Below, piece by piece: positions 20,037-30,191 of a DNA stretch of 64,000 bases (position 1 is the first letter of the stretch; every line of letters begins with the position of its first letter). The stretch is from NCBI GenBank assembly GCA_964012805.1, contig CAXGUD010000009.1, positions 32,001 to 96,000 of the forward strand. Reading direction: 5' to 3'. This stretch comes from an uncultured Bacteriovoracaceae bacterium. GTDB taxonomy: Bacteria > Bdellovibrionota > Bacteriovoracia > Bacteriovoracales > Bacteriovoracaceae. Below the pieces are notes generated by a model. That model saw only the letters and a list, made by a program, of their open reading frames with translations. It searched no databases and had not been told where the DNA came from. A program made the position numbers and the translations under genes.

Positions 20037-20945
20037 TCATATGTTTAAGTTAATCTTTGTAAAAACAGAATTACCATAAAAACCTTGGTGAGACCAAAGC
20101 CTCGCTCTCCTCAATTCCTCTTCCTTACGGACCTTATTTGTTCTAAATACTGCACCCAAAACAAAATCAAACTTTTTAGATAAGTTCAGGAATAACCAAG
20201 GAGATAGGTGCCCACTCGACACTTTATTTTTCAATGAATCATTACTTTTAGACGTTGGTGAAACCTCGTAATGCACAGCTTCAATTGCAAAGTTAATATC
20301 CGGTGTTACTTTCCAGCCCAAAACACCATAATATTTTCTAATATCGCCAACTGCTAGCTCCCCTTGGTTCTTGGGTCTTCCTGTCATATGGTACTCATGA
20401 CCTAATGAGAAAATTAAATTTGAAAAATTCCTCGAGGTTTCAAAACCGATCATCTTATCAGTCCTTGAAGAACCGAAGTTTGAGCTACTTTCTTTCAGAC
20501 TAACTCCAGCAAACAAATCCAGTTTTGAGTTAAAAGAACCATTAGACCAACTCAACCAATTAGCAACTACCCGAAAATCTAAATTGCCCTTTCTAGATTG
20601 ATTTTCATTAAGGTTTAATGAATCTGCAAAACCAAAGTAATATCCAAGTTTTAAATAGAGGTCAGATTGTGGCCGATAATAAAGATTCATTTTATAAAAA
20701 GAAGCATTATCATTTTTTGAAAAGCTGTCAACATCAACAGATTCAATGGTGCCTTCGAAAGTCCAGCTGCCAAATCCACTTTTTGTAGTGGCTTTTGAAG
20801 AAGATCTAGAAGAGTCTGCACGCTTTTCATTTTTTTTTCTTCTTTTCTTTTTAGTAGGAATTTCTTCTGTATAATCTGGAGGAGCCGATAAGAGAGGCAC
20901 TGAAAAAAGGGCAAGCAGGAGGATTACTGAAATTTTTTTTTTCAT
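20037..20945 (-). CDS. Exported protein, probable outer-membrane beta-barrel
   Basis: Signal peptide, amphipathic beta strands, GGGAGAGG RBS. Confidence 0.65.
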   Translation of the reverse strand: MKKKISVILLLALFSVPLLSAPPDYTEEIPTKKKRRKKNEKRADSSRSSSKATTKSGFGSWTFEGTIESVDVDSFSKNDNASFYKMNLYYRPQSDLYLKLGYYFGFADSLNLNENQSRKGNLDFRVVANWLSWSNGSFNSKLDLFAGVSLKESSSNFGSSRTDKMIGFETSRNFSNLIFSLGHEYHMTGRPKNQGELAVGDIRKYYGVLGWKVTPDINFAIEAVHYEVSPTSKSNDSLKNKVSSGHLSPWLFLNLSKKFDFVLGAVFRTNKVRKEEELRRARLWSHQGFYGNSVFTKINLNI

Positions 20946-21306
20946 AACAAGCCTCTCCCTTCTCGCATTTTTAATTACAACAAAAGTTACGCTATACGTT
21001 CATTAGACCAAAGAAAAAAAATTTTTTCAACTAATACTTTAAAAGCAAAAGAGAATGTCCCTTCACGAAAAAAGAGGGAAGGTTCAAAAATCATCTTTCT
21101 GATTTCAAGAGTGAGAACCTTAGGATGTACTTACTTTTTAGAACCACAAAAGACTCTATGCAATGAGTAATTTCATTTGATGGAGAGCTTCATAGTACTA
21201 TAGATGACCCTTTTAAAACCATATCAAAGGAAAAACCTACCTCTTAGCCTGAGACTCATTAATCATATAAAATTAAATTAAAAAATAGAGCAGGAAGGAG
21301 GTTTTT

Positions 21307-21615
21307 TTGGATTTACAAAAATGGAGAAATAATCCTGAAATAGCTTCACTTGTAGAGATCGGAACAAAAGGATTCTACCCTCTTTTTTATCCCCAATGGC
21401 TCCATGAAGTTTCCAATCTGCAAAGTAACCCATTTTCAAAACAAGAAGAGGAAAAAGCAAAGAAGATATTAAAGCAGCTTCAAAAGCACAAAAGCTTAGA
21501 TAGAAAAAAAACACTCCTGTCTTCTTTAGAAAAAGAGGATCGAATTCTATTTATAAAAACATTCCTAAAAGCGGTTGAAGGAAAAATTCTAGACGAGAAA
21601 CCAGAACTTCAATGA
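21307..21615 (+). CDS. Hypothetical protein
   Basis: 102-aa ORF, AAGGAGG RBS before TTG; ATGA overlap with next gene. Confidence 0.7.
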   Translation: MDLQKWRNNPEIASLVEIGTKGFYPLFYPQWLHEVSNLQSNPFSKQEEEKAKKILKQLQKHKSLDRKKTLLSSLEKEDRILFIKTFLKAVEGKILDEKPELQ

Positions 21616-21917
21616 AAAAACTTAATACAATTCTCTTTAATTTTATATTTGGTACTTTTTTTTTATTGCCTATGCAAGCCCAAGCGGAATACAGAGTCTA
21701 CCAATACTTTGTAAAATCTAAATTTAACCTACCTCAAGACAAAGAAGGACATCTTGTAACCTCCACACTAGATCCAGTTAGCTATATAGCTTATCACGGT
21801 GGTCGACAGTCAATTGAAATAGACTTGCTAAGAACATGGGTTTGTAAAGGTCACACAGGGTACTTTAAAAAATTTTGCGATTCCCCGCTCGACAAACTGA
21901 AAAAAACAAAAATCTAA
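21612..21917 (+). CDS. Hypothetical exported protein
   Basis: Signal peptide ending AQA; WxCxGHTG motif. Confidence 0.7.
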   Translation: MKKLNTILFNFIFGTFFLLPMQAQAEYRVYQYFVKSKFNLPQDKEGHLVTSTLDPVSYIAYHGGRQSIEIDLLRTWVCKGHTGYFKKFCDSPLDKLKKTKI

Positions 21918-21941
21918 ACTAACATTCGGAGGAATTTTCAA

Positions 21942-23117
21942 TTGAAAATAACTCAAGGTCAAAAAGATTTCGAACAAACCCTAAAATTTATAAAAGAGAA
22001 GAGGAAAAGAGAAATCAAACGAGGCCAACAAGAAGTTAAAAATATAAAAGATTATTACGATAAAGCTGTATCCACAACGAAAACAGATGGAGAAAAACGG
22101 TATTATGAAGCAAAATTAAAAAATGAAAGTAAATTAGACCAAGCCTATAGAGAAGGTCTAAAAAACTTTGAGGAAAAACAAGGTGTTTTTGAAGGAGATC
22201 TTGAAAAAGTGAAGGATGCTTTTGAAACTAAAAAAAAGCTCTACCAAAATAGACTTAGAGAACTCAACAGAAGATTTAATATCAAGCTTCTAGATAGAAA
22301 CGAATACGCAGAAGACATACTTTCAAAGATAGACGGGGAGCATAGAGAAGCAATTCTAAATTTAGAGGAGGTAAGTTCTAGAGAATTAGCTGAAGCAGAA
22401 ATGAGGGCCCTTAAAAGAATAAAGAGTAATCAACTCAGAAATAGAATAAAAATGGAAAGGCAAAAAAATGATTTTATGAAAAAAATGGGAGATGAAGGCT
22501 TATTACTTGATGAAAAACTAAAAAATGAGAGGTTAAAAAGTAAAAAGAACCTTGATGATCTCGTTAGACTCCAAGATATAAAAAGACAGCAAGCCGTTAA
22601 AAGACATCACGAAATTCTTGAAACAAAAAAAGACCAACATGCGGAAAAAATTAAATCAGAAGATAAATCTTTTAAGCAAAAATTTAGTATTTTAAAAGAA
22701 AACCATCAAGAAGTTCTTGATAGAGTTAAAAAGCTATTCGATAAGCAAAAGATGGAGCTTATTAAATCCCACTCGAAAATAAAACAGACTCTAGATAACA
22801 AACATGAAGACGATTTCTATCATGTAAAAGTTATTGAGCCCAAACTAATTGATAATGAGAAAGAATACTTACTCTACATCAAAGTTCCACCTCATGAGAA
22901 AGAGACAACACATGTTGCAGCGAGAAACAGAAAAATTAACATCACCGTAGCAAGACGCTTTGAAGATAGAGTTCAAAATGATGACGGAACAATAGATAAA
23001 TCTCGTAAATCAGAAATTTTCGGCAAGACAATCTATACGGATGATCTAATGGACCATAATGGAATTACTCAAAAGTATGAAAATGGTCACTTAATTTTTA
23101 AAATCCTAAAAAAATAA
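21942..23117 (+). CDS. Coiled-coil protein with C-terminal Hsp20/alpha-crystallin-like domain
   Basis: ~290 aa charged heptad region, then EKEYLLYIKVP...ITQKYENGHLIFKILK; GGAGG RBS. Confidence 0.7.
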   Translation: MKITQGQKDFEQTLKFIKEKRKREIKRGQQEVKNIKDYYDKAVSTTKTDGEKRYYEAKLKNESKLDQAYREGLKNFEEKQGVFEGDLEKVKDAFETKKKLYQNRLRELNRRFNIKLLDRNEYAEDILSKIDGEHREAILNLEEVSSRELAEAEMRALKRIKSNQLRNRIKMERQKNDFMKKMGDEGLLLDEKLKNERLKSKKNLDDLVRLQDIKRQQAVKRHHEILETKKDQHAEKIKSEDKSFKQKFSILKENHQEVLDRVKKLFDKQKMELIKSHSKIKQTLDNKHEDDFYHVKVIEPKLIDNEKEYLLYIKVPPHEKETTHVAARNRKINITVARRFEDRVQNDDGTIDKSRKSEIFGKTIYTDDLMDHNGITQKYENGHLIFKILKK

Positions 23118-23169
23118 GTGATCTCTTTTCTTTCAGAATAAAAAATCTTATAATCTAAAGAAAAGAGTC

Positions 23170-24315
23170 ATGAAAAGACCACAAATAGTTCACTTCATTA
23201 CAATTATATCAGACGACTTTATTAGTCTAAAGGCTGCAGTCGGATTATCGAGGAAACCCAGTATCCTCCAAGAACCCGGTCTAACACCCATATCAAGTTT
23301 AGAAAGTGATATTGCAAGTTTCCCAATTCAATCCTTTAACCTCCTCAACTCCCATGATTTTCAAATCAAAATTATTGGCCTGGATAAAGATCATAAAGTT
23401 GTATTTGAAAAAGAATATGAAACGGATACTTACGGTAAGTTAAATTTCAAAATCCCCTTAACCAAAGAAACTTTTAAAATAAAGAGTTTTCAACTATACG
23501 AAACAAGTCGCCTACCTCAGGTCGAACTTCTTCTTGGAAGCTTTATTCCTCTTAAAATCCAAACCCCTAGAAAAATTGTCATTTGCGACTTTGATAAGAC
23601 CTTAGTTGATACAAAATACTCCACAACAAAAGAAGTATATGAGTCTTTAACAAAACCCCTTAAGGATTTTCCAAATGTCAAAAAAAGCATAGAGCTTTTG
23701 AAAAGCTATACTAAACAAGGCTTTCATCCTTTTATTCTTTCAGCATCTCCTCACTTTTACGAAAATGCTATTCGAGACTGGTTATATCAAAATAAAATTT
23801 TTACGGCCGGCATTTTCCTTAAAGATGTTCGTCAAGTTTTTTCTCTTTGGGATGGTGATTTAGGCCCTAGAGATATAACTCATCAGGGTCTCTATAAATT
23901 AAATCAACTACTAGACATTATAAATATGACTGACATTCCTGACGAACTTGTCCTTATGGGCGACAACTTTGAATCAGATCCCGTGATATATTTATCCTTT
24001 TCTCAAATGATCCAAAATAAGGAGGAGCCATGGGTTATTTGGAAAAACCTCAAAGACCAAAAAGACTTCTCCATTGGAAAAAAACAAAACTCTAAGTTTC
24101 TAAGTAAAATTTTTCAGATTAAAACTCTTCTTAATAACAAAAAGCAAAAAAGTAACAAATTTCAGATTAAATTGAAAATTTTTATTCGAAAAAAACATCC
24201 AGATGAAGCCTTAAAAATCCCTTCAAACCTAAAAACTGAAGTAACAAGCATTGAAACCTACGCAACAGATACAACACCTAATGAGTTACCATCAAGCAAT
24301 AATCAGCCAGAATAA
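23170..24315 (+). CDS. App1-family (DUF2183) HAD-like phosphatase
   Basis: CDFDKTL, ILSASP, LMGDNFESD. Confidence 0.75.
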   Translation: MKRPQIVHFITIISDDFISLKAAVGLSRKPSILQEPGLTPISSLESDIASFPIQSFNLLNSHDFQIKIIGLDKDHKVVFEKEYETDTYGKLNFKIPLTKETFKIKSFQLYETSRLPQVELLLGSFIPLKIQTPRKIVICDFDKTLVDTKYSTTKEVYESLTKPLKDFPNVKKSIELLKSYTKQGFHPFILSASPHFYENAIRDWLYQNKIFTAGIFLKDVRQVFSLWDGDLGPRDITHQGLYKLNQLLDIINMTDIPDELVLMGDNFESDPVIYLSFSQMIQNKEEPWVIWKNLKDQKDFSIGKKQNSKFLSKIFQIKTLLNNKKQKSNKFQIKLKIFIRKKHPDEALKIPSNLKTEVTSIETYATDTTPNELPSSNNQPE

Positions 24316-24528
24316 AAGCTCTGTAATAAAGAAAGTTAAGTAACCAATTGCAAGAAAAAGTCCTAGCCGATGAATTCGCTCAGGTTTCACTTTGCTTTCA
24401 CTGATTGAAATTAACATCTTGCCCAAAGGCAACTTACTAAAATTTAGAGGCAAAAACTCCAAAAAAACTCTAAGAAGTGATAGGATCAAAACACAATATT
24501 CCGAATTTTGCTTTAGGAAAAAAGGCAT
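24292..24528 (-). CDS. Small hypothetical membrane protein
   Basis: Two hydrophobic segments; AGGAG RBS before ATG 24528; 24-bp convergent overlap with the previous gene. Confidence 0.5.
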   Translation of the reverse strand: MPFFLKQNSEYCVLILSLLRVFLEFLPLNFSKLPLGKMLISISESKVKPERIHRLGLFLAIGYLTFFITELLFWLIIA

Positions 24529-24581
24529 GAAATCAAAACTCCTGACCATAACATTCACAATATAAAAAGGCTTATTACCTT

Positions 24582-26264
24582 ATGAACTTTATTCATCTTA
24601 TCGGTGATCCAGAGGAAACCTTTTATCAATTAGGGCTAAAGGACAAAACTACCTACAGGCCACTCTATGATCAATTAAGAAAACTCACTCATCTAAACTC
24701 GAAAGTTCTCGATCATTTAATGGATGAAATTTTTAATTGGGGTGGTTATGCCTTAACCTTAAAATCTTCTAACTTTAGAAAAAAAGTTAAAGCCTACAAT
24801 GAGGCTATTGGCCTAAAAGAAAGAGAGATGATAACCTCTTTTATTATACCAGAACTTCTTTCTTGCTTATCTAAATGGATTCCTGGTTTACCTCCCCAAC
24901 TTTTTGGCTGTTCAAGCTATTTCATGTTGAATGAATTAGGCCAAACACTACATGGAAGAATTTTAGATTTTCCTTTAGTTGGGACATATGAGAATGAAGA
25001 GAGAGCTTTAAGGTGGGACGTGCCAGGTGTTAATAATCAAATTTTTTCCTATTCTTCTTCAGGGCTCCCTTTTTCCTCTTTGACTGCAATGAATTCATAC
25101 GGAGTATCAGTTGCTCTCCATCAAAAATACACAGATCACTTCAATATAAAAGGAACACCTATTTTTGAAATTGCAGAAGAAATGCTTCTAAAATGTGGTG
25201 ACAAAAAATCTGTCTTAAGCTTTTTAAAAAATAGTGAAAGTTTAACAACATGGGGCCTCTATATTGGTTTTGCTGATGGACAAGTATTAGAAGTAGATCT
25301 AAGAGGTGAAGAGATTTTTATTAATGAGTTCCGACTTGAAGAAAATCAAATCCTATACTTTAACAATATAAATTTAGGGAATCATACAGAAGAAGATGAT
25401 TCCTATTTTATGCCTTATGGCGTTCCCTCTTTTTGTCAAATGAGGAAGGACACAGCCGAAGAAGAAATTCAAAGCTTCTTCGAAACCAAAAAAGAAAAGA
25501 GCTCCTTAAATCTATTAAAACTAATGAGTTTCCCCAAAAATCAAAAAACGAATCTAAAAGACTGGAAATTATCCCCTATCACTCAATCAAGCATTTCATG
25601 CTCAACTTTTAATTTAAATGATGAAGAATCTTTATTCATTCCAGGGCCTGCACCAAAGTATATTAGAAAAGAGATTTCTCAATTTAAAAATATTTGGTCT
25701 AGAAAGCCATTGCAAGAAAAGGTTACTTTAAAGTCAGATAAAAAACTCTCTTTTATAACTAATAAATACCACCAAGGTATGAAAGAATTAATCTCAGCAC
25801 AGACTTTTTATGATAAACACGATTTCCACATGGCCTATCACTTCATCCAAGCAAGTATAGAAACCTTAGATAAACTACCTGAGAAATTTATTGCAAAATT
25901 CTTTTTTGCTGTCTTCGAATTTATCCACGAACCACATACTAAAGCAAGAGGACTCATTTTACAGGAATTTAAAGAGCTTAAAGGAAAACTCCCATCCTAT
26001 TTAAACGACCATTGCCTGCTATTTATAAACAGACTTCAGGTCTTAATCTCCGGGTACTCTAGCCTCTCACCGATGAGAATTAACCATATTGGTTTAAGAG
26101 AGGTTTTTTATTTTGAAAGAAATATTCCCAGGATCCTATTATACAAGACCATTTCCCCTCTTATGAGGCCAAGAATAGAACTTCTAGATGTTATTTATGG
26201 CCATATATCTCCCCCCATCAAAATCAGAAAGCCTAAGATTGATGAGGGAAGCCTATCTTTATAA
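24582..26264 (+). CDS. C45-family Ntn-hydrolase (autoproteolytic acyltransferase/peptidase) with helical C-terminal extension
   Basis: FG|CSS nucleophile site, HGRILDF, AMNSYGVSV. Confidence 0.75.
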   Translation: MNFIHLIGDPEETFYQLGLKDKTTYRPLYDQLRKLTHLNSKVLDHLMDEIFNWGGYALTLKSSNFRKKVKAYNEAIGLKEREMITSFIIPELLSCLSKWIPGLPPQLFGCSSYFMLNELGQTLHGRILDFPLVGTYENEERALRWDVPGVNNQIFSYSSSGLPFSSLTAMNSYGVSVALHQKYTDHFNIKGTPIFEIAEEMLLKCGDKKSVLSFLKNSESLTTWGLYIGFADGQVLEVDLRGEEIFINEFRLEENQILYFNNINLGNHTEEDDSYFMPYGVPSFCQMRKDTAEEEIQSFFETKKEKSSLNLLKLMSFPKNQKTNLKDWKLSPITQSSISCSTFNLNDEESLFIPGPAPKYIRKEISQFKNIWSRKPLQEKVTLKSDKKLSFITNKYHQGMKELISAQTFYDKHDFHMAYHFIQASIETLDKLPEKFIAKFFFAVFEFIHEPHTKARGLILQEFKELKGKLPSYLNDHCLLFINRLQVLISGYSSLSPMRINHIGLREVFYFERNIPRILLYKTISPLMRPRIELLDVIYGHISPPIKIRKPKIDEGSLSL

Positions 26265-26275
26265 AGTTGCTGAAC

Positions 26276-28003
26276 TTAGTTTTTTATACTATCAATTCGA
26301 AGAGAAGGGTCTCCTAAAAGGTGATACCATTTTAAATTGTCGATAACTTCTTTTTTAGTGGAGTGCTTTTTAAAAAGCTCCATTTGACCATTAAAAAGTA
26401 ACTTCCCCAGGTGAGTACTCTTACCCTTTGCTAAAATCTGGTTAATAATAACTGCCATTTTGGCCGGTGGATGCCAAGATATATCTACACTTCCACCATA
26501 ATACGCAACAGCTCCAATCAAAGAGTCATTCCCTTTTGTCTCATTGAGAAACCTCTCACCTAGTCTATTATCAAAAGAGAAACGTCCGTTCTGGCAGGCA
26601 ACATCAATAATAACTGGTTTAACCTTCCCCTTTCCATCTATGTTTTTCACGTCGTTAGAATGATAACTTCTTGAATGGAGGCTAGGCCAAGTGCTCCCTT
26701 CACCGTGACCAATATAGTTAAGCCAAATAGCTCCCTTATTTAGTACCTTATTAATGTTTTCTGGAGTTGAATTTATTTTTTCCTGCAGAAACTTATAAGG
26801 TCGCAAACCAAAAGCTTTTTCAAGTGGATTTTGCATATTTTTTAAATATTCTACATCAGTAGGATCATACCCTTCGTCAGATGCAATACCAATTTGCCTC
26901 TTATAACCAGATTTATTAGCATAAGCTCCTTTCTCAAATTGAATCGTTTTAAGAACTTGTACTTCAAGGTCCTGCAAACTATCGACAACAAATCGACCAT
27001 AAAAAACGTCAGGAATGTTATCTCTTAGGCCCCCCATAGTAAAATAATCTAAATCAGAAGGAGTTTTGTCATGAGAGTCTGTTTTAACATAATTTGTCGG
27101 CATGATTTCTTCATGCCCCAAAAGAAGCGCCCAAGAAAAAGCGTCCCTTTTGTATTCAGAACGAAAAAATGATTTTACATCCTTAGCACTTTGACCAAGG
27201 CCCTCTAAAGATATTAATTTAACTTTAAACCCTTGTTCCTCTTTCCACTTCTTCCACGGCTCAAGAGCTTCAAAAAACCTTTCAGGACCCACAACAACAA
27301 ATTTTTTATTTGTAACAGAGTCTACTTCCAATAAATCTTTGACTTCATGAGAGGCCACAATATTTTTTGATTTATCAAAGATAGAAAACTCAATTTTAGG
27401 ATAGACAAATAATTCTCTATCCATCCCATCATAACGGGAGGGGTACAGCTTAATTCTAGAGATCTCAATACCTCTAAAATCACCTAGGTAGTCAATTTCA
27501 TACAGCTCATTGAATTCATCCTCATAAGTTTCTCTATCAAGTGGTTCAATTTCATCTCCCTCTTTTAAGCATCTACATGGTAACTTCAAGTTTGGTCTGG
27601 GAAGAATATTCGACACCTTCTTGACGGGGCCTTCACGCACATCCACTATAAAATCTGATGGCCTTCCCTCCATAAAAAGGGCCAAATAAGGAAGTCTTGG
27701 CTTATTAATTTCATCAGTGTTCTTTAGCCTTGGAAATACCAGGTCGGTAAATTTACCGTCTCCAAGAAATTTATTACTTTTAGAGTCCATTAAATTGGCT
27801 GATTTAAGAGAAAACCTCACTCTTTTTCCCTTCAAACCACGATTTTCTATATTTGCGATGGTCATTCTATTGGCAATACCACCAGTTTCATTAAAATAAA
27901 TGGTCTCGGATAAAGCTGGATTAGAAAAAATTATTAAAAAGGTAAAAACTCGCAAAAAAAGCCTTGAATTAAAATTCTCCATTGGAAAATTCTTTTTTTT
28001 CAT
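26276..28003 (-). CDS. C25-family (gingipain-like) cysteine peptidase with propeptide
   Basis: Signal peptide, SDLDYF, PDVFYGR, YIGHG (His), DVACQNG (Cys), LLGDPSL. Confidence 0.88.
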   Translation of the reverse strand: MKKKNFPMENFNSRLFLRVFTFLIIFSNPALSETIYFNETGGIANRMTIANIENRGLKGKRVRFSLKSANLMDSKSNKFLGDGKFTDLVFPRLKNTDEINKPRLPYLALFMEGRPSDFIVDVREGPVKKVSNILPRPNLKLPCRCLKEGDEIEPLDRETYEDEFNELYEIDYLGDFRGIEISRIKLYPSRYDGMDRELFVYPKIEFSIFDKSKNIVASHEVKDLLEVDSVTNKKFVVVGPERFFEALEPWKKWKEEQGFKVKLISLEGLGQSAKDVKSFFRSEYKRDAFSWALLLGHEEIMPTNYVKTDSHDKTPSDLDYFTMGGLRDNIPDVFYGRFVVDSLQDLEVQVLKTIQFEKGAYANKSGYKRQIGIASDEGYDPTDVEYLKNMQNPLEKAFGLRPYKFLQEKINSTPENINKVLNKGAIWLNYIGHGEGSTWPSLHSRSYHSNDVKNIDGKGKVKPVIIDVACQNGRFSFDNRLGERFLNETKGNDSLIGAVAYYGGSVDISWHPPAKMAVIINQILAKGKSTHLGKLLFNGQMELFKKHSTKKEVIDNLKWYHLLGDPSLRIDSIKN

Positions 28004-28256
28004 AAATTGCTCCTTATATGTCTTGATAATTTGAAATGGGCCTAAATCTTTAATTAAAGGCCAAAACTGAAGCCTCCATCGATTTATTGGGTAAAAATAA
28101 TAAGAAGCTGTGAACTTTTTTCCTGTGGATGAAAATTTTTCCCCTCAAAATAAAAATCCTCCTTTTTCTAAGGTTTATTTCTCTAAAAATTACGGATGTT
28201 TTGACTTTTTTGGGTATATTTCATAGGAAAAAGGTCTATATGAACTGAGGTATTGA

Positions 28257-29012
28257 ATGAATCCAAAAAACCTTTTTTCCCTAGGGGAAAATACTCACAT
28301 TCAAGGTGATGCCACTTCAAAGGAACCTTACTTTCAAGTTTTAGGGGAAAGAAAGGTGAGTCTTATCCTTGCAGATCCTCCCTACTGTCTTCTCACCAGG
28401 AGGAGAAAAGATGGGAGATTACGGGATCCCAAAAGGGCAAAAATCGAGCATGAAGCCGTTAGGCGATTTGAAAACGGAAAGGAATATACAAAGTTCACTT
28501 TATCTTGGATGGAAAAAGCAATTTCTTATCTTGAAGAAAGCGGACATTTTATAATTTGGACTAACTTTCTGGGAAAAGCTCCTATAATGAAAGTTGCTGA
28601 AGATATTGGCCTCTTTTTCCATGGGGAATACACATGGGCAAAATGGTCAAAAGGAGGCAGCGGCAATGAGAGGCTGGCAAGGGCATACGAGGTAGCTCTT
28701 ATCTTCGGAAAATATCAGGTCAAAGAATTAAAGGATACCGACAGTTGCCCCCCTCGATTTTGCATTAATAATTATGATGAGGAAAAAGAAGGGCTTAAAT
28801 GGGGTAATCATCCTAATCACAAATCCTTTTCTGTTCTTGAGCCTCTGATTCGCTTTTACACAACTCCGGGAGATTGTGTTTTAGACCCCTTCACTGGCTC
28901 TGGGTCAACTCCTGCAGCTTGCTTAAAACTAAAGAGGTCAATAGCTGGAATAGAGCTAAGACCACAATGGGCCGAAATGACACAATTAAGACTGAAGAGC
29001 TTTCAAGGATAA
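28257..29012 (+). CDS. Orphan beta-class N4-cytosine/N6-adenine DNA methyltransferase
   Basis: ADPPY near the N-terminus, HPNHK, VLDPFTGSGST near the C-terminus. Confidence 0.88.
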   Translation: MNPKNLFSLGENTHIQGDATSKEPYFQVLGERKVSLILADPPYCLLTRRRKDGRLRDPKRAKIEHEAVRRFENGKEYTKFTLSWMEKAISYLEESGHFIIWTNFLGKAPIMKVAEDIGLFFHGEYTWAKWSKGGSGNERLARAYEVALIFGKYQVKELKDTDSCPPRFCINNYDEEKEGLKWGNHPNHKSFSVLEPLIRFYTTPGDCVLDPFTGSGSTPAACLKLKRSIAGIELRPQWAEMTQLRLKSFQG

Positions 29013-29298
29013 CAATAAAATTTATTGAACTTTCAAAAAGGGTAAAAGAAAATCCCTTAAACCCTGCTCTATTATGAGCTTTTTCCAAAGATTTTGCCTT
29101 AAAGGCCCATAATTATGGCAATTTCATATTGTAAAGGTATGAAAAACAGAGTAACTTCATCCTACCTTTTTGGGGACTGTTTGAGATTTTGGATAAATAG
29201 TCTAGAATCAAGAGTTGATAAAATAAGGGGACTCCTTTTTAGAGTCCTGCATTAAGTGATAATTTATAACTAAAAAAACAATAAAAGGAAGAGAGTAC

Positions 29299-29526
29299 AT
29301 GAGTTCAGAATCAGCTATTAAGGTTGTCATTGATGGAAGCCGTTTTGGTGTAGAAGGGTCTTTAAAGAAGTTTAAAAGGCTCTGTGAAGCTGCTGGAGTA
29401 CTCAAAGAGTATAGAAAAAGAAAAGAATTCAAAAAGCCTTCTGTTAGAAAAAAAGAAAAAGTTGAAGCTGCGAACAAAAGAAAAGCCAAAGACAAGGCCA
29501 AAGCAAAAAGAAATACCAAAATTTAA
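29299..29526 (+). CDS. rpsU: 30S ribosomal protein S21
   Basis: LKKFKR..E..GVLKEYRKRKEFKKPSVRKK. Confidence 0.95.
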   Translation: MSSESAIKVVIDGSRFGVEGSLKKFKRLCEAAGVLKEYRKRKEFKKPSVRKKEKVEAANKRKAKDKAKAKRNTKI

Positions 29527-29575
29527 GAATTTCTTAAATAATCAATAAAATAAACGTTTAAAAGGGTTCGAATTA

Positions 29576-30160
29576 ATGGGCCTCCTGTTTGTTATGCCTG
29601 TTTCGGAAAAAGAAACTGATAGAGTTTCGATTTCCGACAACGGGAAATCCTCCTCGAAAATTACACTTAAATCTTATGGGCTTCCTCTGATTTTCTGGGG
29701 CTACTGTCTCGGAATCTTAGTCACACTCTTTATTATGTACACGGCTGCTTCAAAACCTCTGATTAAACTTGGGAACAATGGGGATATTTACAGCCTTTTA
29801 ATTTATTACGCTGTATGGCTAACCTTTTCTGCGATTCCTCTAGTTCTTGTTGTTGCGCTTTTTTATGAAAAGTCCTTTATAAAGTCTGACCTGTCTCTTT
29901 CTATAAAGCATAAAGTCATGGGGATCCCATTATTTTGGAAAAACATAACCCTAAGAAGCAAAGACTCTTTTATTGTTGAGCATTATATGGACACCCCCAA
30001 CGTCGCCAGGAAAAAGCAGGTGGAAAAGCTCAGAGCATTTCAAAATCAAGGCCACTTCGTGCTCAAGGCCCATTTAGAAAATGATAAATTTCTCTTGATT
30101 GATAGACATAGTAGGAGGGCCGACTTGAAAAAGATCGCGGCCCTTTTGTCAAAGTATTAA
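29576..30160 (+). CDS. Hypothetical membrane protein
   Basis: 194-aa ORF with two TM helices. Confidence 0.7.
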   Translation: MGLLFVMPVSEKETDRVSISDNGKSSSKITLKSYGLPLIFWGYCLGILVTLFIMYTAASKPLIKLGNNGDIYSLLIYYAVWLTFSAIPLVLVVALFYEKSFIKSDLSLSIKHKVMGIPLFWKNITLRSKDSFIVEHYMDTPNVARKKQVEKLRAFQNQGHFVLKAHLENDKFLLIDRHSRRADLKKIAALLSKY

Positions 30161-30191
30161 AAGAAGACAACTCTTTAGGTCTTTTTTCTTT

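Noticed and set aside
29228..29248. Short hairpin GGGACTC-N7-GAGTCCT in the rpsU leader
   Set aside because: Only 7 bp with no U-tract; not enough to call a regulatory RNA.
29208..29519. 103-aa hydrophobic minus-strand ORF
   Set aside because: Antisense shadow of Lys-rich rpsU.
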